Below, in pieces: positions 25,252 to 38,050 of a stretch of DNA of 64,000 bases. The notes beneath the pieces are model-generated. The model saw nothing but the letters and a program-made list of their open reading frames with translations. It did not search any database and was not told where the DNA came from. A program made the translations under genes and the position numbers. The stretch comes from Octopus sinensis. Its lineage: Eukaryota. The stretch lies in NCBI RefSeq assembly GCF_006345805.1, contig NC_043000.1:88970001-89034000 (forward strand). Direction: 5' to 3'. Each line of letters begins with the position of its first letter. Positions within the stretch are counted from its first letter, which is position 1.

Positions 25252-26053
25252 TTAATCCTATATGAGTTGATGTGTTTTTTGAAATGTTGGGGTTATGACG
25301 TCTACATGTGCACAGTATATGAGGGAGTTGCTTACAAAAGGTAAATAGTTGTGTGTGTGGAAAGAGTCTCTAAATGATTGCTTGATCTGCTAAAGACAGC
25401 AGCCAAATTGCCTTCAAATCACACTCCAAAGTATTCTGATAAGAAAGACATAGAATAATCTAGATCTATATTCACCATGTCTGAAAAATAGACCAGATAA
25501 TTACAGCTGCTATACAATAGATTTGCTCATTTAGGAGTGACCTGGTGTTAAACAGCAACAACTGTGAAAGTTGAGGGTTAAAACTGATCTTTGTTGTCCC
25601 TTATTTAGTATTCGAGGGTCTGAGAGGGTTTATTGTTAAATGCTATTTAGGTCTGTCATTATAAGAAGTATTTAGCAAATCAATCATTTCTATATGTTGT
25701 TTATAGGAAAGTCATCATCATTATCATTGTGTTACCATCCACTTTTGGATGGAATTTGTTAGGTGAAATTTCTATGGCTGGATGCCCCTTCTGTCACCAA
25801 CCTTCACCTGTTACCACGAAAGATTAGAAATGAACAACACCACTTGAATGATAGTAACCCTTGTTTACAGCTATCACACACTGTCAAGACAAGGTGACAC
25901 AAAGACACACATGCACACACAGACACACACACGTGCACCACATACACTTCACTTCATGCAGACACATATATGCATACATTCACATATATTTGTATGTGTC
26001 TGTGTGAATGAATATATATATGTGTGTGTGTGCATGTATATATATATATATAG

Positions 26054-26450
26054 GGGTGGCTGTGTGGTAAGTAGCTTGCTAACCAACCACATGGTTCCGG
26101 GTTCAGTCCCACTGCGTGGCATCTTGGGCAAGTGTCTTCTGCTATAGCCCCGGGCCGACCAATGCCTTGTGAGTGGATTTGGTAGACGGAAACTGAAAGA
26201 AGCCTGTCGTATATATGTATATATATGTATGTGTGTGTGTTTGTGTGTCTGTGTTTGTTCCCCTAGCATTGCTTGACAACCGATGCTGGTGTGTTTACGT
26301 CCCCGTCACTTAGCGGTTCGGCAAAAAGAGACCGATAGAATAAGTACTGGGCTTACAAAAAGAATGAGTCCCGGGGTCGAGTTGCTCGACTAAAAGGCGG
26401 TGCTCCAGCATGGCCGCAGTCAAAATGACTGAAACAAGTAAAAGAAAAAA
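26054..26450 (+). mobile_element. SINE family A, full length
   Basis: Colinear with the family consensus seen across the window. Confidence 0.9.
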
Positions 26451-27028
26451 AGAAAGAAATATATATTTATCTTTGTGCCCTTTTCAAGCCTAGCCAGGCT
26501 CATGGGCCCATTTCCCGGTTTCTGTGGCGTATGTGTTCCCCCCAGCTGGACAGGACGCCAGTCCATCGCAGCATTACTCAAGAAACAGGAAGAGAGAGTG
26601 AGAGAAAGTTGGGGCGAAAGAGTACAACCGGTGTCACTATCACACCCTGCCAGAGCCTTGTGGAGCTTTTTAGGTGTTTTCGCTCAATAAACACACACAA
26701 CGCCCGGTCTGGGAATCGAAACCACGATCCTCCAACCACAAGTCCGCTGCCCTAACCATTACACCTCTATATATATATGTGTGTATATGCATGCAATTAT
26801 ACACGCGCACACACAATGGGCTTCTTTCAGTTTCCATCTACCATATCCACTCACAAGGTTTTAGTTTACTAGGGACTATTACAGAAGATACATGCTCATG
26901 GTGCCATGCATTTAGACTAAACTCAGTACTCTGAGCTGGCAGCACAAACTTCTTCATCACTCAACCACATCTGCAACTACTGATACCATAATTTTATTTT
27001 TTATATTTGCTTTTTTTTTTCTCCACAG

Positions 27029-27090
27029 TGAAGGAGATTGTTTGAAATATCGATTTTCTTAACCCCACATGCCATTACTTAACCAAATAT
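27029..27090 (+). CDS. TSNAXIP1: Candidate 62-bp exon (…NIDFLNPTCHYLTKY), frame-disrupted as assembled
   Basis: Strong acceptor (T10-CTCCACAG) and donor TAT|GTAAAT; ends in phase 0 for the next exon but has TGA in that frame. Confidence 0.45.
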
Positions 27091-27196
27091 GTAAATTTAC
27101 TAAGAATTAATTAATGCTCTTGTGTCTTCAAAATGAGAAGATAATATGCTCAATTGATATATTTGTGTAATTGCCCTATTTTCTATTAATTTACAG

Positions 27197-27442
27197 CCTT
27201 ATTGTGATAGAAGAACAGGAGAACTTGACACATGGCCCTGTAGTTTTGGCACTTTAAGTGATAACAGAATACATACCATTCTGACAAAAAGTAAAAGCCT
27301 GTTGTTTTTGGATGATAGGAGCCACAGGAGATATGGTAGAACCGGAAAGGCCAAGCTTCTTGAGGATTTAGAAAGATATCTGCAAGATGAAATTGCTGCA
27401 TTAGGAGGAGTGTCAAATATTAATTACATTGATAGTTTCAAG
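27197..27442 (+). CDS. TSNAXIP1: Internal exon of translin-associated factor X-interacting protein 1-like gene
   Basis: TTACAG| acceptor, AAG|GTAATT donor, 246 bp open: PYCDRRTGELDTWPCS…GKAKLLEDLERYLQDEIAALGG…DSFK. Resembles the TSNAXIP1 N-terminal motifs (G-x-L-x-x-WP; K-x-x-x-LE-x-LE-x-YL-x-x-E) as I recall them. Confidence 0.85.
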
Positions 27443-27679
27443 GTAATTAGAAATCATTCAATAAATTGCTGTGTAGTTAGAAGTTTGCTTTCCAACCAAA
27501 TGGTTCTGGGTTTAGTTCCTCTGCATGCCATCTTAGGCAAGTGTGTTCTACTATTGCTGTGGGCCAACCAAAGCCTTGTGAGTGGATTTGGTAGAAAGAA
27601 ACTGAACAAAGCCTGTCTTATATAATGTATGTGCGGATATATATATATATATATATATGAGTGTATATACGTATATATA

Positions 27680-27936
27680 TATCCTTTATTGAGAAGCAGC
27701 AAAAATATATCACAAAAGCTGTTACTCAGAGTTTCATGTTCCCATTCGTTGGACAGTTTAGTTTAGAATAGAACAGAAATAATTTTATAAGCAAACATAT
27801 AGTTATACTAATTGCATATATTTGCTTAGAACCTTATTTCTGTTCCATTCTAAGCTAAGCTGCCCGATGAATGGGAACGTAAAACTCTGAGTAACAGTTT
27901 TTGTGATACATTTTTGCTGCTTTTCAATAAAGCATA
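27680..27936. repeat. Long inverted repeat (~120-bp arms, ~15-bp spacer) containing hammerhead motifs; Penelope-LTR-like
   Basis: Arms 27680-27800 and 27816-27936 are diverged reverse complements. Confidence 0.85.
27860..27897 (+). ncRNA. Degenerate minimal type I hammerhead ribozyme motif
   Basis: CTGC-CCGATGA-ATG(GGAA)CGT-AAAA-CTC-T-GAG-TA-ACAG; the mirror copy on minus at 27719-27756 keeps GAAA and a perfect stem I. Confidence 0.6.
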
Positions 27937-28286
27937 TTACTCTACCTCTGGTATTGAAGTACTATTTTCTCCACCTTGTTTCGCTTTTATGTGCTTACTC
28001 CAGTGTATATATATATAAATTAAATTAGAGATAAAACCACTATTAGGCAAATCAAACAGTGAAAAACATAAACCAAAACATAAAAATAAAAATAATTAAT
28101 ATAATTTACAAAATATATAAAATATAAAATTTAAATTATTTAAATTTAAAATTATTAATTTATATTTATATTTATATTTATAATTTTTTTTTTTATTAAA
28201 TATATATAACTATCAAAAAGTATTAAAAAGTTTAATAAAACAGGCTTTCATCAGTTTCCATCTACCTATATGTGTATGTATATATA

Positions 28287-29162
28287 CAGGGTGTGGTGAA
28301 TATATTGTCATATAAATTTTGCAAAACTGAAAATAACACTGACATTTCTTTTTAATAGATATTTTTACATAAATTACATAAAAATATCTTGAAATACTAA
28401 GGAGTAAATTTATTCAATAAAATTGCTATTGGTTTCAACCACACCCTCTAAGCGACTTCGGAATCTCCTGCAACTCTTCTGGACAGTCTCCTTGTTTAAG
28501 TTGGTGAATGCTGCCATAATCCTTGCCTTCAGTTCATATTTGGTGTTACAAGGAGTTTTGTTAGTCTCTCAGCTGTGCTCCACACGTAATTACCAAAGAG
28601 GTTGCAGTCTGGGGAGTTAAGTGGCCAAATGTTAGGGGTGGTGGGATCACAGGAATTGTCTGACAGTTACGACTGGATTCCCCTGCTTGTGTGGCATGGT
28701 GCAGAGTCCTGTTGCTAGACATAGGGTCTTCCAGCAGCCACCCCTTGAACCAGGGCAGCACTAACTCCTCCAGGCATTTGATGTAGGCCTCTGTGTTGAG
28801 TTTAAGGCCTTGTGGGAAGATGAATGGAGGAATAGCATTGCCATCACTAGTCATCACTCCAAAAACTATGATGTTGACTGGATGTTTGATTCTTATCACC
28901 TATGTTTTGGGGACACAGAAAACCAACAGTTGTTCTGTGTGTTCACCATCTGATCATATTGGAGCTTCTGGCATGAATACCAAGCAGTACAGACTATCAT
29001 TTTCAAATTTCTGGCAAATTGAATAGCATTGTGGTGCTGTTTTTCTCACGGACAATGCCCAACTGACACTACTGTACTGTGTTGTCAACAAAATCAAAAA
29101 TGAACAAAGCACATGTGCAAAATTTATGGGTGTAAAATGGTGACAATTTACCCATCACACCC

Positions 29163-29163
<1 letters not shown>
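28287..29163 (-). mobile_element. Internally deleted Tc1/mariner element, DD37D (maT-like)
   Basis: Imperfect ~24-bp TIRs flanked by TA; VFGVMTSDG…QQDSAPCH…WPLNSPDCN with 37 residues to the (mutated) third catalytic D. Confidence 0.85.
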
Positions 29164-29215
<52 letters not shown>

Positions 29216-29269
29216 ATATGTATGTGTGTGTATATATATGTATGTGTGTGTGTATATATACATATGTCA

Positions 29270-31297
29270 TCATCATCATCATCATCATCATTTAGCGTCC
29301 GTTTTCCATGCTAGCATGGGTTGGACGGTTCTACTGGGGTCTGTGAAGCCAGAAGGCTTCATCAGGCCCAGTCAAATCTGGCAGTGTTTCTACGGCTGGA
29401 TGCCCTTCCTAACGCCAACCACTCCGTGAGTGTAGTGGGTGCTTTTTACGTGCCACCTGCACTGGTGCCAGACAGAGCTGGCAAACGGCCATGAACGGAT
29501 GGTGGTTTTGTATGTGCCACCGGACGAGGGCCAGGCGAGGCTGGCAACGGACACGAAACGGGGCGGTGCTGGCAACGGTCGCGAAACGGAAAGTTCTCTT
29601 ACATGCCACCGGCACGGTAACACATCTGCAATTTCATTGATCGATTTCCATTGATCGATTTCGATTCTGATCCTCACTTGCCTCAATGGGTCTTCACAAG
29701 CAGAGTTTCGACATGCCACCGGCACTGGTAGCACATCCGCAATTTCCATTGATCGATTTCGATTCTGATCCTCACTTGCCTCAACACGTCTTCACAAGTA
29801 GAGTTTTGTGTCCCAAGAAGGAAGGTATGCATACGTAGGCTGGCTCCATCCCATGTAGAAGGCCACGGGTTGTGGACTCACTTGTCCTGCCAGGTCTTCT
29901 CGCGCACAGCACACTTCCAGAGGTCTCGGTCTCTAGTCATTTCCTCAGTGAGACCTAAAGTTCGAAGGTCGTGCTTCACCACCTCGTCCCAGGTTTTCCT
30001 GGGTCTGCCCTTCCACAGGTTCCCTCAACCGCTAGGGTGTGGCACTTTTCACACAACTATCTTCATCCATTCTTGCCACTTGACCATACCAGCGCAAACG
30101 TCTCTCTTGCACACCACAACTGATGCTTCTTAGGTCAGCTTTTCTCTCAAGGTACTTACACTCTGCCGAGTGTGAGTACCGGCATTACACATCCATCGGA
30201 GCATACTGGCTTCATTCTAGCGAGCTTACGCATATCCTCAGCAGTCACGGCCCATGTTTCACTGCCATGTAGCATGGCTGTTCGTACACACGCATCATAC
30301 AGTCTGCCTTTCACTCTGTGCGAGAGGCCTTTTTGTCACCAGCAGAGGTAAGAGCTCTCTGAACTTTGCCCAAGCTATTCTTACTCTAGCAGTTACACTT
30401 CAGCACACCCGCCCCCGCTGCTGACTTGGTCACCTAGGTAACGGAAACTATCAACTATTTCTAGTTTTTCTCCCTGGAAAGTGACGGAAGTTGGTCTCAG
30501 AGCATTTTCAGTGTTTATTGTTCCTGAGCATCTGCCACATACAAAAACCATCTTCCTAGTTAGCCTTCCTTTGACATTGCTGCATCTCTTATGTGTCCAT
30601 AGCTTACACTTGGTGCATCTTATAGAGTTTCTACCTACACCTTTTCTACAGATCGAGCAGTCATCTACCTGAAGGTGTTTGTGATTTGTCTACCTTCCTA
30701 CTGATTACGACTTTGGTTTTAGCTAGATTGACTCTGAGACCCTTCGATTCTAATCCTTGTTTCCACACCTAAAACTTCTCCTCCAGTTCTGATAGCGACT
30801 CAGCAATTAGAGCAAGGTCATCAGCATAGAGGAGCTCCCAAGGGCATCCTGTCTTGAATTCTCCGTTATTGCCTGGAGGACTATGATAAATAGGAGGGGC
30901 TGAGTACTGAGCCTTGGTGGACCCCTACCTGTACCCGGATTCTTCACTGTACTCATTTCCAACCCTCACCCTACTAGCGGCGTCCCTATACATGGCCCGC
31001 ACAGCTCTCACTAACAATTCATCTATCCCTAGTTTTCTCATTTACCACCAGATAAGGGATCGGGGACCTGTCGAAGGCTTTCTCCATGTCAACAAAAGCC
31101 AGGTACAGGGGCTTATCTTTGGCTAGGTATTTCTCCTGCAGCTGCCTTACCAGGAATATAGCATCAGTAGTACTTTTCCCTGGCACAAACCCAAACTGCA
31201 TCTCATCTAAACTAACTCTCTCTCTAATTAGTTGGGCTATGACCCTCTCCGTAACCTTCATCACCTGGTCCAACAGCTTGATACCTCTGTAGTTATT
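29270..31297 (-). mobile_element. 5'-truncated RTE-clade LINE with a PHD-like finger in RT and a repeat-rich 3' UTR
   Basis: NYRGIKLL…QFGFVPGKSTTDAIF…AFVDMEKAFD, LYADD-like motif, FRYLG, GRPRKTW; (GAT)n tail at 29270-29290; stops and frameshifts. Confidence 0.92.
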
Positions 31298-31414
31298 TGT
31301 GATACCTCTGTAGTGTATATATATATATGTATGTGTATATATGTGTGTGTGTATATATATGCATGTGTATATATGTGCAGTGTCTGTGTATATATGTATG
31401 TATATATATGATGA

Positions 31415-31755
31415 GGCGCAATGGCTCAGTGGTTAGGGCAGCGGATTCGCTGTCATGGGATTGTGGTTTTGATTCCCAGATCGAGCATTGTGAGTGTTTA
31501 TTGAACAAAAACACTTAAAGCTTCATGAGGCTCTGGCAGGCAGGTGAACACTGCTGTACCCTTTCACTCTTTCTTCCTGTTTCTGTTGTACCTGTTTTTC
31601 AAAGGGCCAGCCTTTTCACACACTGGGTCATGCTGAATCTCCCCAACAACTACATTAAGGGTTCAGGTATCTGTGGAGTGCTCAGCCACTTGCATGTTAA
31701 TTTCACAAGCAGGCTGATTCCATACCAACTGGAACCCTTGTCATCATAACTGACA
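31415..31755 (+). mobile_element. tRNA-derived SINE family C
   Basis: Head GGCGCAATGGCTCAGTGGTTAGGG…GGTTTTGATTCCC. Relatives at 20452-20540 plus 24155-24250, 26470-26765(-), 40320-40500(-), 47375-47520, 57665-57875(-), 61815-61930. Confidence 0.8.
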
Positions 31756-31766
31756 GTGTCACAATG

Positions 31767-31818
<52 letters not shown>

Positions 31819-32141
31819 AATTTGAAAACAGAAAGATCTAATGGATATAAATTAATTTATTAATTAATTAACATATTCACCTACAATTGTTTAATTTCAC
31901 AACCAAAATTAAAACTAACAACATAAATATATAATCTTGCATTTTAAAATACATTGGATAGAAAATCATCAGGGTGCACAAGGGACAATACAAGGATTAC
32001 ATTATAATCTGTTGGAATTCTCAGAATATACAATCATATATATGTATGTATGTATGTATGTATATGTTTGTGTGCATGTGTGTGTATATATATATATGCA
32101 TGTATATTATATATATGCATATATATATGTATATATATATA

Positions 32142-32189
<48 letters not shown>

Positions 32190-35100
32190 ATGTGTGTATG
32201 TTTATACATATATATTTAAAATTATCTCTCATCTGTCCTGGCTCACTAAAGTATCAAGGTGGTAAGCTAGCAGAATCTTTGGCGCTCTGGGCAAAATACT
32301 TAGCAGCATTTCATCCAATTCTACGTACTGTATTTAACAGGGGTTGCTGGTATCAACCAACCACATCTTTCAAAATTGTTTGTCTTGTTCCCAAATTAGA
32401 AACCAGTATCATTTTCTTAAAAAATTCTTTCCTCCTTGAGTATATCTATGCATTAATGTCTTCAAATTTTAGTGGTTAGAGAGCAACAAGTCTTTGAAGT
32501 TGCTTTTGTTTTCTTAACTACCATCGTCTCAAACTCTGAATCCAGTACTTTGATGCTGTTCTTAATGCTCCTATGACTTTCGAGTTAAACTTCGCTTTTA
32601 CTCTTTTACTTGTTTCAGTCATTTGACTGTGGCCATGCTGGAGCACCGCCTTTAGTCAAGCAATTCGACCCCAGGACTTATTCTTTGTAAGCCTAGTACT
32701 TATTCTACCAGTCTCTTTTTGACGAACCACTAAGTTACGGGGACATAAACACACCAGCATCGGTTGTCAAGCGATGTTGGGGTGGGTGATAAACACAGAC
32801 ACACAAACATATACACACACATACATATATATATTTATATATATATATAATATATATATATATATGTAAAAAATGAAGTTCGAAAATGCTGCTGTATTAT
32901 ACAATTTTTAATTTTATATATACATTATAACATGTTTCAGTTCCTGAAATGAACCTTATTAAAAAAAGTTATATATAAAAAAAGACAGCTCATGCCGTCA
33001 AACACAAGAAATTCATTTATAATACACAACGGAGTCAGACATCTTAGTTCAGTTCAGTGTAGTTGATATATAGTTCATGTATAGTTGATATATAGTTTGA
33101 AGTATATGTTCAAAGTGTTCGATGCAGTGGCCCACGGTGGCGATACGTATTCAATACAAAAAACAGATCAAAGTGGTGGAAAGCGGTCAATACAGAAGAT
33201 TGATGTTTTCGAAAGAGTGAGGAATTCATTTTTACCTTAAGCAATTGTGATGACCCATGGTGGAAGTTCGCTGGGTGGTTCTAGTGAGTTTTTGTGAAAT
33301 GCTCGGTTTTATAATGCCTGTTAGGTGGTCAATCTAGCGTAGCATGACGTCATCAATGTTTTGACCAATCGTTTCATTAGGTGGCTTTAATCAAGTAGAA
33401 CGGGACGTCATCATTATTTTGACCAATCGCTGCATTATATCTGCCTCTTGTTTGTTTCCTGTTTTGATCAGTCGCTTCGTTAGTCAAGCAGAGCGGGACG
33501 TCATCCAGATTCTGCCCAATATATATATATATATACACATATACATATATACAATGGGCTTCTTTCAGTTTCTGTCTACCAAATCTACTCACAAGGCTTT
33601 GGTCAGCCCAAGGCTATAGTAGAAGACTCTTGCCCAAGGTGCCACGCAGTGGAACTGAATCCGGAACCATGTGGTTGGTAAGCGAACTACTTACCACACA
33701 GTAAGTAGCTCGCTTACCAACCACACAGCCACTAAACATGTTTTCATAGTTCTCAAGCCAGGTTTATGTATTAGTATTCTCTATTTCTTTAAAGTGGCAA
33801 GCTGGCAGAATCATTAGCATGCCAGACAAAATATTTGGCAACATTTTATCCATTTTTATGTTTTGAGTTCTAATGCTGCCAGGGTCAGCTTTCCCTTTCA
33901 TCCTTCTGAGGGTCAATAAAATAAGTACCAGTTGAGCACTGGGGTTGGTGTAATCAACTTGCCCCCTCCCCTGAAATTTCTGTCTTTGTACCAAATTTTG
34001 AAATCAATATTCTATATTTTTCAAGGCAGCAAGATGGCAGAATCATTATCACACTGGACAAAATGCTTGACGGCATTTCATCCTTCTTTACATTCTGAGT
34101 TCAAATCCCACCGAAGTCAGCTTTGCCTCTCATCCCTTCAGGATCGATAAAATATGTACCAATTGAGCAATGGGGTTGATGTAATCGACTTACTCTCTTC
34201 CTGGAAATATCTGGTCTTGTGTCAAAATTGGAAATCATTATTCCATATTTCTTTCACTTCAAATTTACTACCATAAAGCTTAACAAAGAAAAAATCTGTC
34301 ATTTATTTTTCTATGTTTATATTTTTTTTTCTGTTAGGATTCTATATGGTAACTTCTGTCATACCTTCAACTTGTGCTGAGAAATCCTACAAGATTTTGA
34401 GTCAAATACATCAACATCAAAATAAAAAATCAAATGGAAATCTTAGTTGTGATACCTGTACCAGTGGCACGTAAAAAGCACCAACTGATTGTGGCCACTG
34501 CCAGCCTCCCCGGCACCTATGCCGATGGCATGTAAAAAGCACCCACTTCACTCACGGAGTGGTTGGCATTAGGAAGGGCATCCAGCTGTAGAAACACTGT
34601 CAGATCAGACTGGAGCCTGGTGCACCCTCCTGGCTTCCCAGACCCCGGTCAAACCGCCCAACCCATGCTAGCATGGAAAACGGACATTAAACACTGATGA
34701 TGATGATGATTTATTTCAGTAACAGATTCCACCTTTTACTGATATCAATTTCCATCCACTTTGACTTCAGGATTCCTTTCACAGTTCACATGTCTTCTTA
34801 CTTTATTGTAATGTCCTCTTGTTCTCTCTACCCACTATCATCATATCTATTTTGGTAGACAATGAACATCAATTATCTCACTCAGCTTTCTATCTATTTC
34901 CATTTTTATAGGGTACGTTTTAATTACTTCTTGTACAGCTTGGATCACAGTCTTTGTTTCTCTCTTTAATCATGTCTTTCAGCAAAACCCATTGTTTTTC
35001 TCCTATGATATATTGTATTTGCATAACACTCAGATCATATGACATTCTTCCCCACCCTACCTCCCAACATCCTTGTAAATTTTTTTCCTTTTCTAACTAT

Positions 35101-35303
35101 TCACCAGTCATCATCCTAGCTGTGCATGTAGGCGTCTTGTTACTCATTCCAATATGTCTTGTACAAACATGGTTGTACAGTTAAAATATTTGCTTCTTAA
35201 CCACATGGTTTCTTGTTCAGTTCCTCTGCAAAGCACCTTGGGGGAGTGTCTTGTACTATAGCTACAGGCCTACCGAGGGCTGGGACTATAGTAAGTGGAT
35301 TTG

Positions 35304-35538
35304 AAGGTGGCGAGCTGGCAGAAACATTAGCGCGCCGGGCGAAATGCTTAGCGGTATTTCGTCTGTCGTTACGTTCTGAGTTCAAATTCCGCCGAGGTCG
35401 ACTTTGCCTTTCATCCTTTCGGGGTCGATAAATAAAGTACCAGTTTTGCACTGGGGTCAATCTAATCGACTTAATCCGTTTGTCTGTCCTTGTTTGTCCC
35501 CTCTATGTTTAACCCCTTGTGGGCAGTAAAGAACAATA
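35304..35538 (+). mobile_element. SINE family B, full length, inserted into a family A copy
   Basis: 17-bp TSD TATAGTAAGTGGATTTG at 35287-35303 and 35539-35555. Confidence 0.92.
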
Positions 35539-35758
35539 TATAGTAAGTGGATTTGGTTGACAGAAGCAGAAAAGAAACCTGTTGTATTCATACACACACA
35601 TGTAACTTAGTGCACATTATATATAACTTTATGTACATCTATATACATGTGTGTGTATCATCATCATCATTTAACATTAATGTTCCATGCTGGCATGGGT
35701 TGTATATATTCATACACACATATATGCTATATACTATATATATATATATATATATATA

Positions 35759-36615
35759 TCTACTACATATTGGGGAAATTCTGTCTGTAGGTGTGTTTGT
35801 GGAGTTCTTAGCTACATCGTTTTATTGCTTTTGATGAAACTTGATACGTGAGTAGAACGCATGTCTGGAAACCTCATGGCATGCTCAAATGGTTGAAAAA
35901 AAATCGATAATAGGGCCCCTGGAATGGATCCTTATATATATCTAATATATTTCATTTTAACAGCCAAGGGAAATAACCCATTCATTTGCCTAAATCATTT
36001 GGTATAAATCAAATTGGGTGTGCTTATTTCTTAGTATTTGAATTGTTAGAGTTATTTTCGCAATTTCTCCAGTACAACCCTTAAAAAAGAAAATATTATT
36101 TTCCTAAACAATAGATCCACTTAATTTGGTTAGTGACTTTTTCACAAATATACCAACACTAGTACACAAAACCCCTTATCAGAGTTATTTACTTTGAATT
36201 GTTATTATTTCATATCTGATTAGCCTGTTATTACATAACATGCTTCATGATTTTAGTATGCATACTTTAATAGTATTATAAATTAGGAAGTATTAGCATA
36301 CCTCCTAAGTTCTATATACTCTGGGAGCGTATTAAAGCCCTTTTCGGGGCTACTTTATTTGAATTCTTACTACCAGGTAACTAATTTCATGTTATTACAT
36401 AACTGACTTCATAATTTGGGTATTCATAGCTTATAAGGAATTCCTGAAAACAAGACCCTATGTAAGACAGTTCACTGTTCTCTGTAAATGCAAAAAAAAA
36501 ATATTTTAAGGGCTTCATATTTTGTATTGTTGTTATTGGATTAGCAAAACAATTATGGGAATGGAACCAAGGGATCAGCCCTGCTTTCCCAGGAATTACC
36601 GGGTATGTCAGCTAG
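35759..36615 (+). mobile_element. Non-autonomous Helitron
   Basis: A|TCTACTACATA 5' end and CCGGGTATGTCAGCTAG|T 3' end; no TSD. Confidence 0.55.
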
Positions 36616-36639
36616 TGTATATATATATTCTTCTTTTCT

Positions 36640-37040
36640 TTTACTTGTTTCAATCATTTGACTGTGGTCATGCTGGAGCACTGCCTTTTTAGTCGAAGAA
36701 ATCAGCCCCTGGACTTAATCTTTATAAGCCTGGTACTTATTCTATCAGTCTCTTCCACCAAACCTCTAAGTTACAGGGACATAAACATACCAATATCAGT
36801 TGTCAAGTGATAGGAGTTGGGGACAAACACAAATATAAATACAAATACACACAAATAAATACACATATATTTATATACAATGGGTTTCTTTCAGTTTCCG
36901 TCTACCAAATCCACTCTTAAGGCTTTGGTCGGCCCAAGGCTACAGTAGAAGACACTTGCCCAAGTAGCCATGCAGTGGGACTGAACCTGATATCATGTCG
37001 TTGGTAAACAAGCTTCTTACCACACAGCCATGCCTATGCC
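36640..37040 (-). mobile_element. SINE family A, full length, diverged
   Basis: Reverse-complement match. Confidence 0.85.
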
Positions 37041-37091
37041 TACATATATATATTTGTGTGTGTGTGTGTGTCCCTATATATATAATGTATG

Positions 37092-37304
37092 TGAGAGTGC
37101 TGAAAAGTTCCTGGCTTTAAGGGTATTACGAAAGACCTGGTTGGAGGCCCAACTTTCAGAGTTCTTTTACAGAGCTTAGAAAAACTGAAGGACTGTTGCA
37201 ATAAGTGTGTGAATCTGAGAGGGAAATGTGTTGAATAAAAGAATAATTAACTGATCCTCCTATATTTCTTTTTCCCCAAAGACAGGAACTTTCCAGCACC
37301 CCCT
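37092..37304 (+). mobile_element. Mariner deletion derivative (MITE)
   Basis: TIRs GAGTGCTGAAAAGTTCCTGGCTTT / AAAGACAGGAACTTTCCAGCACCC; retains the C-terminal LEKLKDCCNKCVNLRGKCVE*. Confidence 0.75.
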
Positions 37305-38018
37305 TATTTATATATATGTGTGTGTGTGTGTGTGTACAATGGGCTTCTTTGCATCCCATCACCTTCACACACAATGTATGGGTGGATCCACAGGTACAGT
37401 ACATAACATTCTTGTGGGCCCAAACTTCTTACTGCATGATTCTTAAGCAAACTTCTTAACAATACAGCCATCCTGTAGTTTAATATGGATTAGATTTAGC
37501 TGCTCTTTTTAGCATGTCAAGTATTCCTTACAGATTTCCTTATTGGCTGTTATCAAGTGTTTTAAATTTTTAAGTTAAGAAATTTAATAAAATGAAGATA
37601 TAGGCACAATGGCCATGTGCTAAGAAGTTTGCTTCCCAAGTATATGTTTTGGGTTCAGTCCCACTACATGTCACCTTTGGCAAGTACCTTCTAATCACAG
37701 CCTTGTGAGTGGATTTGCTAGATGGAAACTCAAAGAAGCCTCTTGTAAGATGTATGTATATGTGTGGTATATTTGTATATGCATATATGTATACATATGT
37801 GTGTGTATGTTTATGTATATGTGTGTGTATATGTATATATATATATATTTATATATATATATTTATATTTATGAGTGTATATATGAGTATATGTATATAT
37901 ATATTTATATATATATATATTATATTTATGAGTGTATATATGAGTATATGTATATACATACATTATATATATATATATATATATGAGTGTATATATGAGT
38001 ATATGTATATACATACAT

Positions 38019-38050
<32 letters not shown>

